From Candidatus Omnitrophota bacterium (lineage in GTDB: Bacteria > Omnitrophota > Gorgyraeia > 2-01-FULL-45-10): DNA of 64,000 nt. The notes beneath the pieces are model-generated. The model did no database searches and had not been told where the DNA came from. It worked only from the letters and a program-made list of their open reading frames with translations. The stretch is taken from positions 2,023 to 66,022 of the forward strand of contig JAUYOL010000001.1 in assembly GCA_030695905.1 (NCBI GenBank). Direction: 5' to 3'. Every line of letters starts with the position of its first letter. The first letter of the stretch is position 1. Positions 51,875 through 62,773 of the stretch are shown one piece after another. A program made the position numbers and the translations under genes.

Positions 51875-54800
51875 ATGTTTCTATACAATATTAGATATAG
51901 CGTATTATTTAAGGCTATGGCCCTGGCGTTGGTGTGCCTATTTGTAGCTAGTGATCTCATTTACGCTACCCCAGAACTCCGCACTGCTTCTCAATCCACT
52001 CTCGCCGCACTTACACAACTTAACAAGCCTGAATTTAGAGAAGCAGCTGCCATCAGAGAATGTCTGCTTGCATCCAAAGGAGCGGATAAGTATATAAATG
52101 AGCAAATCCCCAAAGAAAAAGGCATCTTTGGCAAAGAATGGGAATCTCAGCGAACCGAACGCGTAAACATATATGATACAGAGCTAAAAGGTCGAATAAA
52201 CGGTAAGCCAATAGCAGGACTGGATTCCGTGCTTTTTATCAAGCTCGCAGGGTTTTTGGCTTCCACAGGCCAGCCATTTCAGGCTGATCTTGCCGGCAAA
52301 GGTTATGACGGTCTTCCAGTAGTGTATATCGACAGCGCATTGTGCAATACACCTGACAAATGTATTCAAAAGCACGAGATAGACCAAATCCTGCAATGGG
52401 AAGACCTAAGAGTAAATATGCTACATATCGCCGATAAGAAAGCGATGAGAAGATGGGTCAGAAGATATATCAACGATGCCGACCAGGCGCTTCAAGGTAC
52501 CCCTTACGAAGGAATGAACTCACGCCAGATCGCAAAACTCTTCCACGGATATTCCTATCCTTTAAGAGATCCCTATAAAAAATTATTCCGTGAAACTGAC
52601 TATGACTACGAATATATAAGGACGATGCTCTCCATTTATGGTACCGACGAAGAATCGGGCGAGCTTAAACTAGTCGCGCGGCGCGAAGAAACCCCCGCGC
52701 CCCACGTTAGGCCAGCGGCCGCGGGAACTGGAGTAGCACAAAATATGCTATCCCCGGAGTTTACCTGGCTTATCATGACTTCCCAGGTCACTACTGACAT
52801 AGAATCGATTTCTACTTATTTGAAGCCGATACAGGACACGATAGAAAGTTTAGACAGCTCCGGCGCAAGATTTTCACCTTATACCAGAAAGGTTTTAGGT
52901 GATGCGCGCAAACAAGGAGCTTACCTTTGCGAACAATTAAAAGTTATGATCCAGAAAACAAAAGGATTGTCCTCTGGGCCCATAAACAGACAAGCAGCAG
53001 CTTCCCTGCTTAATAAAATCGACAATGGTGGGAGGTTTGACGAGGTATTGGGTATCTTTTACCACGATGTATGGGATATCATAAGAGAAACACCTCCCAC
53101 AGAGCAAGCAGAATCATTAAAAGATGCATTTGAAAAGCTCCATAGCCGGCATGACCGTATCCGTTCGCAATTACTCGCCCTTGCACATCCGCAGATATTT
53201 ACAGGTAAAACGGGCGCGCTTTGCTACCCTCCCTGGCTTATAAAAATTCCTGAAGCACCGAGAAGTCATATCGAAATTAATCTTTGGGAGCTTCTAAGCG
53301 GGCGCCGTGCCATCTCATATGATTCTTGGCCGTCAAAGCATGAAAGACGAGAACACATTCTCCCAATCGAAAATGAACACAGGTTTTTTGAAAGACGCTT
53401 TGCGAAACTCCCTGAATTAATCACAAGCGGCGCATGGATGGGAATTAACAGAGACTTTAAGACTTTTGCCATAGAGCTTATCTATCTTTACGGGCTTTCT
53501 CTGGATTATTTTCGAATTCAGAAGCAAGTCTTGGAAAAGGCCGCGATAGATCCAGACCAGGTAAAGGACGTTCTCGACCTGGGAACAAATTCATGGCCTT
53601 ATGCTTGGTGCTTTGAAGAAATCTTTCCCAATCTTGAAAAGGCGTATGGCATTGAGGGTAGATGGAAACATTCCAAGGAATTCCAGAATTTTTGGGCGCC
53701 CTTATCCGGCTTGGATCCGACTAAATATAAAATCATCAACGGAGACTTTCTGGAGATAGAAGAGATACCCGAACTCTGGCCGTCAAGCGAGACGGGAGGC
53801 TCTTTCGATCTTATTTTTGCGCATGGTTTTAAGCCGGACTTTAAGGTATCGAATGGCGCTAATGAAGACGCGTATTATTACAAATTATTGCTCTCCGCAA
53901 GCAGGTTGCTTAGGCCCGCGGGGCACATTGTTTTTATTATCAAAAAAGATGAATTGGATAAATTCCGTAAGATGCTCGCGCTTTTAGAGGGTCGGAGCTG
54001 GGCCGACAGGGTGATGAACATGGCGGGCTTTGCGCAAATAATTTATGAAGATGTCGATGTTTTTGTTATTTCTCAAGAAGACCTTGTCAGACATGAGAAG
54101 ATTTTGGAGCAAGGAGTTCAAGCCCGCGAGGCCAGACACGAATATGCCGAAGCAGCCGCATTTTATGAAAGGCAAAGCGATCTCGAGGCCGATACGGCCA
54201 AGCCCTATGTTTTAGCGGGAGATGAGTGGCTGAAGGGGGCCGAGTCATTCATAAAGACAGCAAAAAAATGGCGTCGGAAGCCCTCCAACGATGATGAGTG
54301 GATCAGCTGGATGCTTGAAAACGCTATCGATCGATATAGCCGCTATTTTAAAGCGCCAAAACAACGGAAAGATGATATGTATGTCCGTCAACAACTCGAT
54401 AGGATCTATGAAATAATAATAACAATGCGTCAGGGGTTTTTTGATGACGAAGAAAGCCGATTGTTTGTTTCGAAATTCCCAAAAAAGCCCGCTACCGATT
54501 CACAGCGGGATCAGCTGATAAATTATTTTTTCCTTAAAGACTCCGGTGGAGATCCTTTAGAAAGCGCTCCGGGCAGCCTGCCATTAAATGTGCCACAGAA
54601 TACCGATGCGGACCGTTTAATAGGCGAGGCCCTGGCAGAAATCGAAGCCGGGCAGCGTTTGTTGGTGCAAAAAAAGGCAGAGGCGAAAGCACAAGGAAAT
54701 GCGAGTATTTTGTGGAACCATATACGGGAAAGCAGCATCCCCGATTATGAGCTGCGCCTTCGACTGCTATATCATATGGGGATTTTAAGGGGCAATCTTT

Positions 54801-57475
54801 TGTATCCTTTGATGGGCGATGATTGTATTCCCGCTTATTTTACAGCCACCTTCGGTATAAACTATTACACAGGTATCGGCAAAACCAAAGATATCGAAGC
54901 CGCGGAAAAGGCGTTGTTAAAAAATGGGTTGCCTCCTGCTTACAAGGGTCGGCCAAAGGATCTTACGGTAATGCCGGTTAATGCGTTTGATCGCGGGGTA
55001 TACTTCCCGGCGCTGACAAAAAAAGGCGGTATAGACACGGTTCTGGTAAAAGGATTGACATCCTGGTCGATGACTTATGAAGGCAGGCGCTCAAATAAAG
55101 ACATTTGGGAGCTAGTCGAAAAGATCGGCAACAATCTGCTCCGGCCGGGAGGTTGCATAATAATTGCTGACGAAAAGGATTTGTGGCTGGCACAGTACCT
55201 TGAAGAGAAATTAGGTTATGAAGACTTGCTGGCCGGGCAGGGACATCAAAGAATCAAGCAGGCATTAAACAATGAGTGCGCCAGCTATGAGGCGTACCTG
55301 GGGGATATGTTCACTATTTTTGGAAGGGTGCCAATAAGGGTTTTGAGGAAACCCGATTTTTCCCCCGGCCCGACCGTGGAAACCGGAGTAGCACAAAATG
55401 AACCGTCCCCAAAAGCCACAAAAGTCTTCGGCCGTAACACGGTAGGCGCTGCCCAATTGCCGCCGGGATATGACAAGAGAGACCCGGGCCTGGTCGGGCA
55501 AATTAAGATACTACGGCTAAGGCAAGCGGATGGAAAAATTAAATATTGGGCTAATCAGATAGTAGGTCTCGATCGCAGGATAGGAATAATAAAAGAAAAA
55601 CAGGAATACATAATCGGGTACACAAAAAGAGCGGACCCATTGATTCTTTTAGCGGTGTGTGGTAATAAGCTGGCGGGGTTTCTTTTGGCATCCGGAGCAG
55701 GGGATGGTTTTGGCATAGATTTCTTTGGAGTCGATCCCTCTATTATAAATCACGGCATAGGTACTTCTCTATTATCCAAAGCGCTTAAGATAGCAAAAAC
55801 AAATGGTAAGAAAAAAGCTTCATTACGTGTCGAGACCAGGAGGGCGAGGGCCTCAGGAATTTATGAAAGACTTGGTTTCAAGCGGGATGTAGGGTCTTCA
55901 GATAGCTCATGGACTACCATGATATTAGATCTTACTTCAAGATCTAATTCGATATCAAGCCCTCGTTTCGGGCCAGGTGCGATGTCTGCAGATCAGCCGT
56001 TTGACGATAAGCTCGTTCCGAAAGACGCACCGGTGAACAATTCCGCCTCCGGTCAGCCGGCAGCACCAAAGGAAGTGGCGCCCGAAGGAACGGCACCAAA
56101 ACAACCTGACAATTCTAACCAGGTTAGCCTAACCAGGTTAGATGCTGAAGGACAGACGAGGCTCGTTCCTAAAGTCTTGCCGCAAGCATTCGCCGCCGGC
56201 CCAGGCGAAGAGATTGCTTCGGCCGCTTCCCTCCGGGCCTTGCGGCCCGTAGGGCCGGAGGCGTGGCCTCGCAATGACGAAATGTCAGAAGAAGCGGTGA
56301 TAAAAGGATCGTCTTCCGATACCGTAAGTACTGCGGAAAAAGCCGCAAAAATTCGGCGCGAATTTGTTCCCAAGGTTTATGAATTAAAGGGTGGAATTTT
56401 GAAACTCACGGAGTCTTTGCTTTTAGATCAAAAAATTGACCTGCAACATCTTGTGTCTGAGCAATTACAGATTATCTTCAATGTATTGGGAAGGATTGAA
56501 CTTGGTTCGAAAACCGCGAAAAGCTCGGAAGCAGATATTAGTCAGATTCTTCGCCGTTTTGACAAGGTACATTATTGGCTGGATCGGTTGGCAGATCCTG
56601 ATAAGCCGGATTCAGGGGGCAGTTCGTTAGTCGATTTTGCGAAGAAGAGATTATCGACAGGAACAGCCGATAGCAATCTGCCAAATCAGGGCCTTGCGGA
56701 ATTTGTCGGACAATACTATTTCAAACCAAATGCGGAAGGAGCTAAATTTAAAGAAGGTTTTGCAAAACTTCGCGAGCAATTTATACAGATTGAAACAGAA
56801 TATCGCCCATTGATAGCGTCTTTATTAGATACCGTTTTACCCACCGGGAGGGGAGATGCGGTTTGGCGCGCGAATGCGACTGATATTGAAAATGCCTTAC
56901 AGATGTTAACCAAACTTATTCCCGAGCAGGAGCAGGTAAAGGAGAAAGAGCTTACATATTACACGATACGATATGACGCGGATAAGATGCCGCCTCTCGC
57001 GGAAGAGTTGCTTAAAATATATGCCGGGCAGATACTGCCGGCGTGGCTGCCGGGCAAGGAGAGGGTTAAGCTAATTGCTACAAAAGGGCAAAGCGAGGGA
57101 ATTATATGGGTAAATTGTTATAAGGACCAGGGTAGGAGCCAATTGGCTGGGACAGGACACGTCGATATTCACTTCGATATCAATGAAGATATAAATGGCA
57201 GGGCGCTAAGGATAATGGGCATGCTAAACATAGCATTAGCCGCTTCCCATCTTCCCGATAACTTATCTACCGATGATATGGATAAATATAATGCTCTGGT
57301 ATCGTTTATTCAAAGGCAGTATAAAGATATAACAGGAGAAGATTTAACCGCGGATGCGCTAAAAAATGATAACAAAAACATCTGGATAAACTTGCCGCCC
57401 GCGGAACACGTTTCACCGGAAAGGGCCGACGAGTATTACCGCCTCACAATTACACAATTGCGGCAATCCGCGTAA
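51875..57475 (+). CDS. Giant secreted/membrane-anchored multidomain protein with GNAT acetyltransferase and two degenerate class-I methyltransferase-like modules; function unknown
   Basis: 1866 aa uninterrupted ORF with promoter TTGACT-N16-TACAAT upstream; N-terminal hydrophobic signal. MTase-like motifs: VLDLGTNS...FDLIFAHG...LLRPAGHIVF and IDTVLVKG...LLRPGGCIII. GNAT motifs NHGIGTSLL and YERLGFKRD. P/A-rich linker. Duplicated TGVAQN(M/E)xSP motif. Confidence 0.7.
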   Translation: MFLYNIRYSVLFKAMALALVCLFVASDLIYATPELRTASQSTLAALTQLNKPEFREAAAIRECLLASKGADKYINEQIPKEKGIFGKEWESQRTERVNIYDTELKGRINGKPIAGLDSVLFIKLAGFLASTGQPFQADLAGKGYDGLPVVYIDSALCNTPDKCIQKHEIDQILQWEDLRVNMLHIADKKAMRRWVRRYINDADQALQGTPYEGMNSRQIAKLFHGYSYPLRDPYKKLFRETDYDYEYIRTMLSIYGTDEESGELKLVARREETPAPHVRPAAAGTGVAQNMLSPEFTWLIMTSQVTTDIESISTYLKPIQDTIESLDSSGARFSPYTRKVLGDARKQGAYLCEQLKVMIQKTKGLSSGPINRQAAASLLNKIDNGGRFDEVLGIFYHDVWDIIRETPPTEQAESLKDAFEKLHSRHDRIRSQLLALAHPQIFTGKTGALCYPPWLIKIPEAPRSHIEINLWELLSGRRAISYDSWPSKHERREHILPIENEHRFFERRFAKLPELITSGAWMGINRDFKTFAIELIYLYGLSLDYFRIQKQVLEKAAIDPDQVKDVLDLGTNSWPYAWCFEEIFPNLEKAYGIEGRWKHSKEFQNFWAPLSGLDPTKYKIINGDFLEIEEIPELWPSSETGGSFDLIFAHGFKPDFKVSNGANEDAYYYKLLLSASRLLRPAGHIVFIIKKDELDKFRKMLALLEGRSWADRVMNMAGFAQIIYEDVDVFVISQEDLVRHEKILEQGVQAREARHEYAEAAAFYERQSDLEADTAKPYVLAGDEWLKGAESFIKTAKKWRRKPSNDDEWISWMLENAIDRYSRYFKAPKQRKDDMYVRQQLDRIYEIIITMRQGFFDDEESRLFVSKFPKKPATDSQRDQLINYFFLKDSGGDPLESAPGSLPLNVPQNTDADRLIGEALAEIEAGQRLLVQKKAEAKAQGNASILWNHIRESSIPDYELRLRLLYHMGILRGNLLYPLMGDDCIPAYFTATFGINYYTGIGKTKDIEAAEKALLKNGLPPAYKGRPKDLTVMPVNAFDRGVYFPALTKKGGIDTVLVKGLTSWSMTYEGRRSNKDIWELVEKIGNNLLRPGGCIIIADEKDLWLAQYLEEKLGYEDLLAGQGHQRIKQALNNECASYEAYLGDMFTIFGRVPIRVLRKPDFSPGPTVETGVAQNEPSPKATKVFGRNTVGAAQLPPGYDKRDPGLVGQIKILRLRQADGKIKYWANQIVGLDRRIGIIKEKQEYIIGYTKRADPLILLAVCGNKLAGFLLASGAGDGFGIDFFGVDPSIINHGIGTSLLSKALKIAKTNGKKKASLRVETRRARASGIYERLGFKRDVGSSDSSWTTMILDLTSRSNSISSPRFGPGAMSADQPFDDKLVPKDAPVNNSASGQPAAPKEVAPEGTAPKQPDNSNQVSLTRLDAEGQTRLVPKVLPQAFAAGPGEEIASAASLRALRPVGPEAWPRNDEMSEEAVIKGSSSDTVSTAEKAAKIRREFVPKVYELKGGILKLTESLLLDQKIDLQHLVSEQLQIIFNVLGRIELGSKTAKSSEADISQILRRFDKVHYWLDRLADPDKPDSGGSSLVDFAKKRLSTGTADSNLPNQGLAEFVGQYYFKPNAEGAKFKEGFAKLREQFIQIETEYRPLIASLLDTVLPTGRGDAVWRANATDIENALQMLTKLIPEQEQVKEKELTYYTIRYDADKMPPLAEELLKIYAGQILPAWLPGKERVKLIATKGQSEGIIWVNCYKDQGRSQLAGTGHVDIHFDINEDINGRALRIMGMLNIALAASHLPDNLSTDDMDKYNALVSFIQRQYKDITGEDLTADALKNDNKNIWINLPPAEHVSPERADEYYRLTITQLRQSA

Positions 57476-57518
57476 TTCTGATGGAAGAGAGCATGGGCAG
57501 TATGTTATATTATGTAGT

Positions 57519-58634
57519 ATGAGCAAGCTCTATATTAAGAATGGCAATGTAATTTCAAAAGAGCGGATTATAAATGGCGCTTCGGTTTATATTGATGGCT
57601 CAAAGATAGCATCTATAGGAAAAAATATTAAACCGAGCAAGGGGTCGTTTATAGTCGACGCAAAGAACTGTTTTGTCTCCCCCGGGTTTATCGACTGCCA
57701 CATACATGGCGAGCCTGAAAAGATATTTTTCAATGAAGCCAGGCATGGCATGACATCGTTTGTCGTGGCGCAGTCGTGCGCATCTTTAGAATCCATTTAT
57801 AAAAGAGCCGGAAAGATAAAAGAATTTATTAATAAAAATCCTTTTGGCGAAAATGTGCTGGGCTTACGCCTCGAAGGGCCTTATATAAATCAGGAGAAAG
57901 CGGGCGCGCAGAATAAGGCTTACATAAAAAATCCCGACATGCAGGAACTGATGCAGATCTTGCAAGGCTGTAAAGGTCTTTTAAAGATAATGACCGTTGC
58001 CCCCGAGCTTATAGGCATAAAGCCTATCTTAAGGACATTATGTAAAAATGGGGTTATTCCATCCATAGGCCACTCGGACGCAACCTATGAATCCGCCATA
58101 GATGGTATAGATGCCGGTATACGCCACGCAACGCATACATTTAACGCGATGAGCCCGCTCGACAGACGCTCACCCGGAGTTATCGGAGCGATCCTATTAG
58201 ATAACAGGGTTACGGCCGAGATAATCCTGGACCTTGTGCACGTGCATAGGGCGTTATTCGCTCTTCTGATTAAGGCAAAGACAAAGGATAGGGTTATTGT
58301 AATAACGGACTCCATAGTTTCATCTCCGCATAAAGATACCGCGCAGATCGGGGGCGCATACAGATTTGATGACGGAAGATTGGCGGGGTCGGCGCTTAAT
58401 ATGATAGAGGCCCTGAAGAACGCGGTGACAAAGTGCAACCTATCGTTATTAGAAGCTCTGCGGCTTATTACGTTAAATCCCGCGAGATTTTTGGGGGTAG
58501 ATGGCAAAAAAGGCTCCATAGAGACGGGCAAGGACGCGGATATAGTAATTTTCGACAAAAATTTTGATGTAAAAGCGACGATAATTTGTGGTAGAATAGC
58601 CTACGAGAAGAAAGGCTTTATATGTGCGGCATAG
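57519..58634 (+). CDS. nagA: N-acetylglucosamine-6-phosphate deacetylase-like amidohydrolase
   Basis: FIDCHIHG, SIGHSDATYE and HTFNAMS motifs typical of NagA. Confidence 0.8.
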   Translation: MSKLYIKNGNVISKERIINGASVYIDGSKIASIGKNIKPSKGSFIVDAKNCFVSPGFIDCHIHGEPEKIFFNEARHGMTSFVVAQSCASLESIYKRAGKIKEFINKNPFGENVLGLRLEGPYINQEKAGAQNKAYIKNPDMQELMQILQGCKGLLKIMTVAPELIGIKPILRTLCKNGVIPSIGHSDATYESAIDGIDAGIRHATHTFNAMSPLDRRSPGVIGAILLDNRVTAEIILDLVHVHRALFALLIKAKTKDRVIVITDSIVSSPHKDTAQIGGAYRFDDGRLAGSALNMIEALKNAVTKCNLSLLEALRLITLNPARFLGVDGKKGSIETGKDADIVIFDKNFDVKATIICGRIAYEKKGFICAA

Positions 58635-60448
58635 TGGGATATATAGGAGATCGCAACGCCCAAGAGCTTTTGCTTGAGGGTTTAGGACGGCTTGAGTACA
58701 GAGGATATGATTCTGCCGGCGTGGCCATTTTTGACGGGAAGGCAATAAACCTGTCGAAGCGGCAGGGGAAACTGAAAGAACTCATTCTTGAGCTTAAAAA
58801 AAGGCCTTTAACCGGCTGCTTGGGCATAGGCCATACTCGCTGGGCCACACACGGAGCGCCAAACCAAAGAAATGCTCACCCGCACACTGGTTGTAAAGAC
58901 GACCTCGCGATAGTCCACAACGGTATTATTGAAAATTACGCGGAGCTTAAAGAAGATCTTATAAAGCAGGGCCATAAGTTCAGGAGCGAGACCGACACCG
59001 AGGTATTGGCTCATTTGATAGAAAAATTTTATAAAGCGGCGCCGATAGAAGAAGCCGTAAGGAAGGCCGTCTCTATGGTCAGGGGATCTTTCGCCATAGG
59101 CGTAATTTCAAAAAAGGAGCCCGGTAAGCTTATCGGCGCGAGGATGGGCAGCCCTTTAATAGTGGGGTTGGGCAAAAAAGAAAATTTTCTCGCATCAGAC
59201 GTGCCCGCGATATTGAGCTCGACAAAAGATGTAATCTTCCTCGACGAGCAGGAACTGGTCATCTTGACGAAAGAGAGCTGCAAGGTAACTAATTTAAGCG
59301 GCAAAGAAATACAAAAACAATCCACACGCATAAGCTGGGATATAGAGCAGGCGCAGAAACAGGGCTATAAACATTTTATGCTCAAAGAGATAAACGAACA
59401 GCCGGGCATAATAGAAAATTTTATCAATGCCAGAGTTAAAGACGGTGATATCGCGTTCGAAGAGCAGAAAATACCGGAAGAGCGGCTAAAGGCAATAAAG
59501 AATATATATATTGTCGCGTGCGGTACCGCCTATCATGCGGGGCTTGTCGGCAGGTATGTCCTGGAATCTCTTTGCGGCATCCCCGTATTCATAGATGTTT
59601 CGAGCGAATTCAGATACAAAAAATTATTGATAGACAAAGATACGCTGGTCATTCCGATAAGCCAATCGGGCGAGACCGCTGACACATTGGCCGGGGTCGC
59701 GGAAGCGAAAAAACATGGCGCCGTGATTCTCTCCATATGTAACGTGCTTGGGTCTACATTGACTCGCGGATCCGACGGTGTCATATATACACATGCCGGC
59801 CCCGAGATAGGCGTCGCGTCGACGAAAGCATATACGGCGCAGCTGGTGGCTTTGTATATTTTTGCGCTTTATCTTGCGGGCATAAAAGGCATTGTGCAGA
59901 AGCAGGATATAGCCAAATATATAAGAGAGTTAAAAAACATCCCGGGTAAACAGAGCGAGGTATTGAAGGATCAGGAAAAGATAGCGAAGCTTGCCAAGCG
60001 CCACTCGCACCTCGGGTCCTTTCTTTATCTAGGGCGATCAGTAAACTTTCCCTCGGCGCTGGAGGGCGCGCTTAAATTAAAAGAGATATCCTATATCCCC
60101 GCGGAAGGATACGCGGCGGGCGAAATGAAACACGGCCCGATCGCCTTGATAGACGAATATCGCGCCGTAGTTTGTATAGCATGCGAATCCGCGGTATACG
60201 AAAAGATGTTTTCGAACCTTCAGGAGATAAGAGCGAGGAACGGCAAAATAATAGCGATAGCTACCGTCGGGGATAAGAAGATATTGGAAGAGACAAAAGA
60301 GGTCATATATATACCAAGATGCAGCGAAATATTCTCACCGCTGGTGGTTGCCATTCCCCTGCAGCTGATCGCGTACCACATTGCCGTAAAGAGAGGCTGC
60401 GACGTGGACCAGCCGCGTAATTTAGCAAAATCGGTAACGGTAGAATAA
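58622..60448 (+). CDS. glmS: Glutamine--fructose-6-phosphate aminotransferase
   Basis: MCGIVGYIG Ntn-amidotransferase start; two SIS domains; 608 aa. Confidence 0.95.
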   Translation: MCGIVGYIGDRNAQELLLEGLGRLEYRGYDSAGVAIFDGKAINLSKRQGKLKELILELKKRPLTGCLGIGHTRWATHGAPNQRNAHPHTGCKDDLAIVHNGIIENYAELKEDLIKQGHKFRSETDTEVLAHLIEKFYKAAPIEEAVRKAVSMVRGSFAIGVISKKEPGKLIGARMGSPLIVGLGKKENFLASDVPAILSSTKDVIFLDEQELVILTKESCKVTNLSGKEIQKQSTRISWDIEQAQKQGYKHFMLKEINEQPGIIENFINARVKDGDIAFEEQKIPEERLKAIKNIYIVACGTAYHAGLVGRYVLESLCGIPVFIDVSSEFRYKKLLIDKDTLVIPISQSGETADTLAGVAEAKKHGAVILSICNVLGSTLTRGSDGVIYTHAGPEIGVASTKAYTAQLVALYIFALYLAGIKGIVQKQDIAKYIRELKNIPGKQSEVLKDQEKIAKLAKRHSHLGSFLYLGRSVNFPSALEGALKLKEISYIPAEGYAAGEMKHGPIALIDEYRAVVCIACESAVYEKMFSNLQEIRARNGKIIAIATVGDKKILEETKEVIYIPRCSEIFSPLVVAIPLQLIAYHIAVKRGCDVDQPRNLAKSVTVE

Positions 60449-60449
60449 T

Positions 60450-61112
60450 ATGCCCGGAACGCTATATGTAGTTGCCACGCCCATAGGTAATTTAGAAGAC
60501 ATTACACTGCGCGCAATAGACACTTTGAAAAAAGTCGACCTTATCGCGGCAGAAGATACCCGCCACACAAAGATACTTCTTGATAGATACGATATCCACG
60601 TACCCATGACCAGCTATTTCGAATACAATAAAATCCAAAAATCCGATTATTTGTTAAAGGCATTGCAGGAAGGCAAGTCGGTTGCTCTTGTTTCCGACGC
60701 CGGCACACCCGGCATATCGGATCCGGGTTATACTATTATTAAACTATGTATAGATAGCAATATACCGGTAGTGCCGATACCGGGCCCGTCAGGGCTGATT
60801 ACGGCGCTTACCGTTTCAGGTAAGTCGACAAGCCAGTTCACATTTGCCGGCTTCCTGTCTCCAAAACCGATTAAGCGGAAAAATCAACTAAAAAAATTGC
60901 AATCAGAGGAGAGAACGGTCGTGCTATATGAGTCTCCACATAGAATGGAGAAGCTTTTGGATGACATTTTGGAGATATATGGCGATACACAACTCGTTAT
61001 AGTTAGGGAAGTTACAAAGAAATTTGAAGAGATAAGGCGAGAAAAAGTAAGTTTTTCTATAGAGCATTTTAAATCGCACAAGCCCAAAGGCGAATTTGTA
61101 GTAATTATCTAA
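60450..61112 (+). CDS. rsmI: 16S rRNA 2'-O-methyltransferase RsmI-like (tetrapyrrole-methylase fold)
   Basis: LYVVATPIGNLEDIT...AAEDTRHT; 220 aa, shorter than typical. Confidence 0.75.
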   Translation: MPGTLYVVATPIGNLEDITLRAIDTLKKVDLIAAEDTRHTKILLDRYDIHVPMTSYFEYNKIQKSDYLLKALQEGKSVALVSDAGTPGISDPGYTIIKLCIDSNIPVVPIPGPSGLITALTVSGKSTSQFTFAGFLSPKPIKRKNQLKKLQSEERTVVLYESPHRMEKLLDDILEIYGDTQLVIVREVTKKFEEIRREKVSFSIEHFKSHKPKGEFVVII

Positions 61113-61120
61113 GAAAAGCC

Positions 61121-61149
61121 TTGACAATGCGCACCTTCTATGGTATTAT
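61121..61149 (+). promoter_or_regulatory. sigma70-type promoter of the pyr operon (TTGACA-N17-TATTAT)
   Basis: Seen in sequence at 61121-61126 and 61144-61149. Confidence 0.55.
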
Positions 61150-61175
61150 CTATGTACAATAAACACCTTTTAATT

Positions 61176-61257
61176 CGGGACAGAGAGCCCGGGAAGGGAG
61201 TAAAATTGGTGAAAGGAACCCACGCATCTGTAAATATAGGTACGTGGGACTTTTTTT
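61176..61257 (+). promoter_or_regulatory. pyr leader: PyrR-binding-like hairpin (CGGG-ACAGAGAG-CCCG) and intrinsic terminator/attenuator (CCCACG...CGTGGG-AC-TTTTTTT)
   Basis: Hairpin at 61176-61191; terminator stem 61219-61248 plus T7 run 61251-61257, about 20 nt before the pyrR RBS GAGGTG. Confidence 0.5.
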
Positions 61258-61276
61258 GCCCATTTGAGGTGTTAAG

Positions 61277-61831
61277 ATGCATTTAAAAGAAAAGTCGAAG
61301 ATATTAGACAAAGATGCGATAGAAAAATCCTTAAAGAGGATTGCGCACGAGATAATCGAAAACTCCGCGGATATGGACGATACCGTATTGATAGGCATTA
61401 AGAATAGAGGCTCATACATTGCTGAAAGGCTCGCGGATAAGATAAAAGAGATCGCAGGCTCGCGTCCTAAAGTAGGCGCTCTCGACATAACATTATACAG
61501 GGATGATCTTACTCAAGTTTCCGAACAGCCGATAGTCCACGCAACCGAGATAGATTTTGACATAGACCAAAAAAGGATAGTTCTTGTTGACGATGTATTG
61601 TTTACAGGCAGGACCATAAGGTGCGCCCTGGACGCGCTGATAGATTTCGGCAGGCCGGGCAAGATACAGCTCGCGGTGCTTGTCGACAGGGGCCACAGAG
61701 AGCTTCCGATAAGAGCGGACTATGTGGGCAAGAACGTGCCGACCGCTATAAATGAGGTGGTCGAGGTGCGGCTGACCGAGCCGGACGGAAAAGATGAAGT
61801 AGTTATATGCGAAAAAGGTCGATTAATATGA
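61277..61831 (+). CDS. pyrR: Bifunctional pyr-operon attenuation regulator / uracil phosphoribosyltransferase PyrR
   Basis: 184 aa; PRTase motif [20 protein letters not shown]. Confidence 0.85.
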   Translation: MHLKEKSKILDKDAIEKSLKRIAHEIIENSADMDDTVLIGIKNRGSYIAERLADKIKEIAGSRPKVGALDITLYRDDLTQVSEQPIVHATEIDFDIDQKRIVLVDDVLFTGRTIRCALDALIDFGRPGKIQLAVLVDRGHRELPIRADYVGKNVPTAINEVVEVRLTEPDGKDEVVICEKGRLI

Positions 61832-62769
61832 CGAATGAAAAGAAGTTTGTCTGGACAAAAAAAGACCTGCTTGGCCTTGAATACCTATCCAGGGAAGAGA
61901 TAGAACATATTTTATATACCGCCTCAAGTTTTAAAGAAGTTACCACCCGCCAGATAAAGAAGGTTCCCGCCCTGCGGGGCAAAACGGTGGTAAATCTATT
62001 CTATGAACCATCCACCAGGACGAGGATATCGTTTGAGCTTGCCGCTAAGAGACTTTCAGCCGACGTGATAAATGTCGCGGTAGAGGCGTCGAGCGTAAGA
62101 AAAGGCGAAACGCTTATCGATACCGGTAAAAATATAGAAGCGCTAAAGATAGATATAATAGTCGTGCGACACGATTGCTCGGGCGCCCCCAACATATTGG
62201 CCCGCTCGGTGAAGGCAAGTGTTGTAAATGCCGGTGACGGATGGCATGAGCACCCGACACAGGCGCTTCTCGACATATTCACATTAAAATCCAAGTTGGG
62301 TAAAGTTGACGGGCTAAGTGTAAGCATAATAGGAGACATAGCGCATTCGAGAGTTGCGCGTTCGAATATATGGGGCCTTACGAAGCTCGGCGCAAAAGTT
62401 ACCGTATGCGCGCCAAAGATATTAATACCGGAAGGCATAGAAAAGATGGGCGTGAGAGTTACGTATGACGTCGATGATGCCATCAAAAACGCTGACGCGA
62501 TAAATGTACTTAGAATGCAGCTAGAGCGGGATACGGCAGGGGCATTCCCGAAGAGGATAGATTTCTTTAAGCAATATGGGATTTCGGAAGAGAGACTCAA
62601 GATTTGTAAAAAAGATTTAGTGGTTATGCATCCGGGCCCCATAAACAGGGGTGTCGAAATGTCCAGCGGCGTAGCGGATGGCCAGAATTCGGTAATATTA
62701 GAACAGGTAACGAACGGCATCGCCGTCAGGATGGCAGTGTTGTATTTAATCGCTCACGCGAAGAGATAA
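61807..62769 (+). CDS. pyrB: Aspartate carbamoyltransferase catalytic subunit
   Basis: STRTR and HPTQALLD motifs; overlaps pyrR by 25 nt. Confidence 0.9.
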   Translation: MRKRSINMTNEKKFVWTKKDLLGLEYLSREEIEHILYTASSFKEVTTRQIKKVPALRGKTVVNLFYEPSTRTRISFELAAKRLSADVINVAVEASSVRKGETLIDTGKNIEALKIDIIVVRHDCSGAPNILARSVKASVVNAGDGWHEHPTQALLDIFTLKSKLGKVDGLSVSIIGDIAHSRVARSNIWGLTKLGAKVTVCAPKILIPEGIEKMGVRVTYDVDDAIKNADAINVLRMQLERDTAGAFPKRIDFFKQYGISEERLKICKKDLVVMHPGPINRGVEMSSGVADGQNSVILEQVTNGIAVRMAVLYLIAHAKR

Positions 62770-62773
62770 TATT

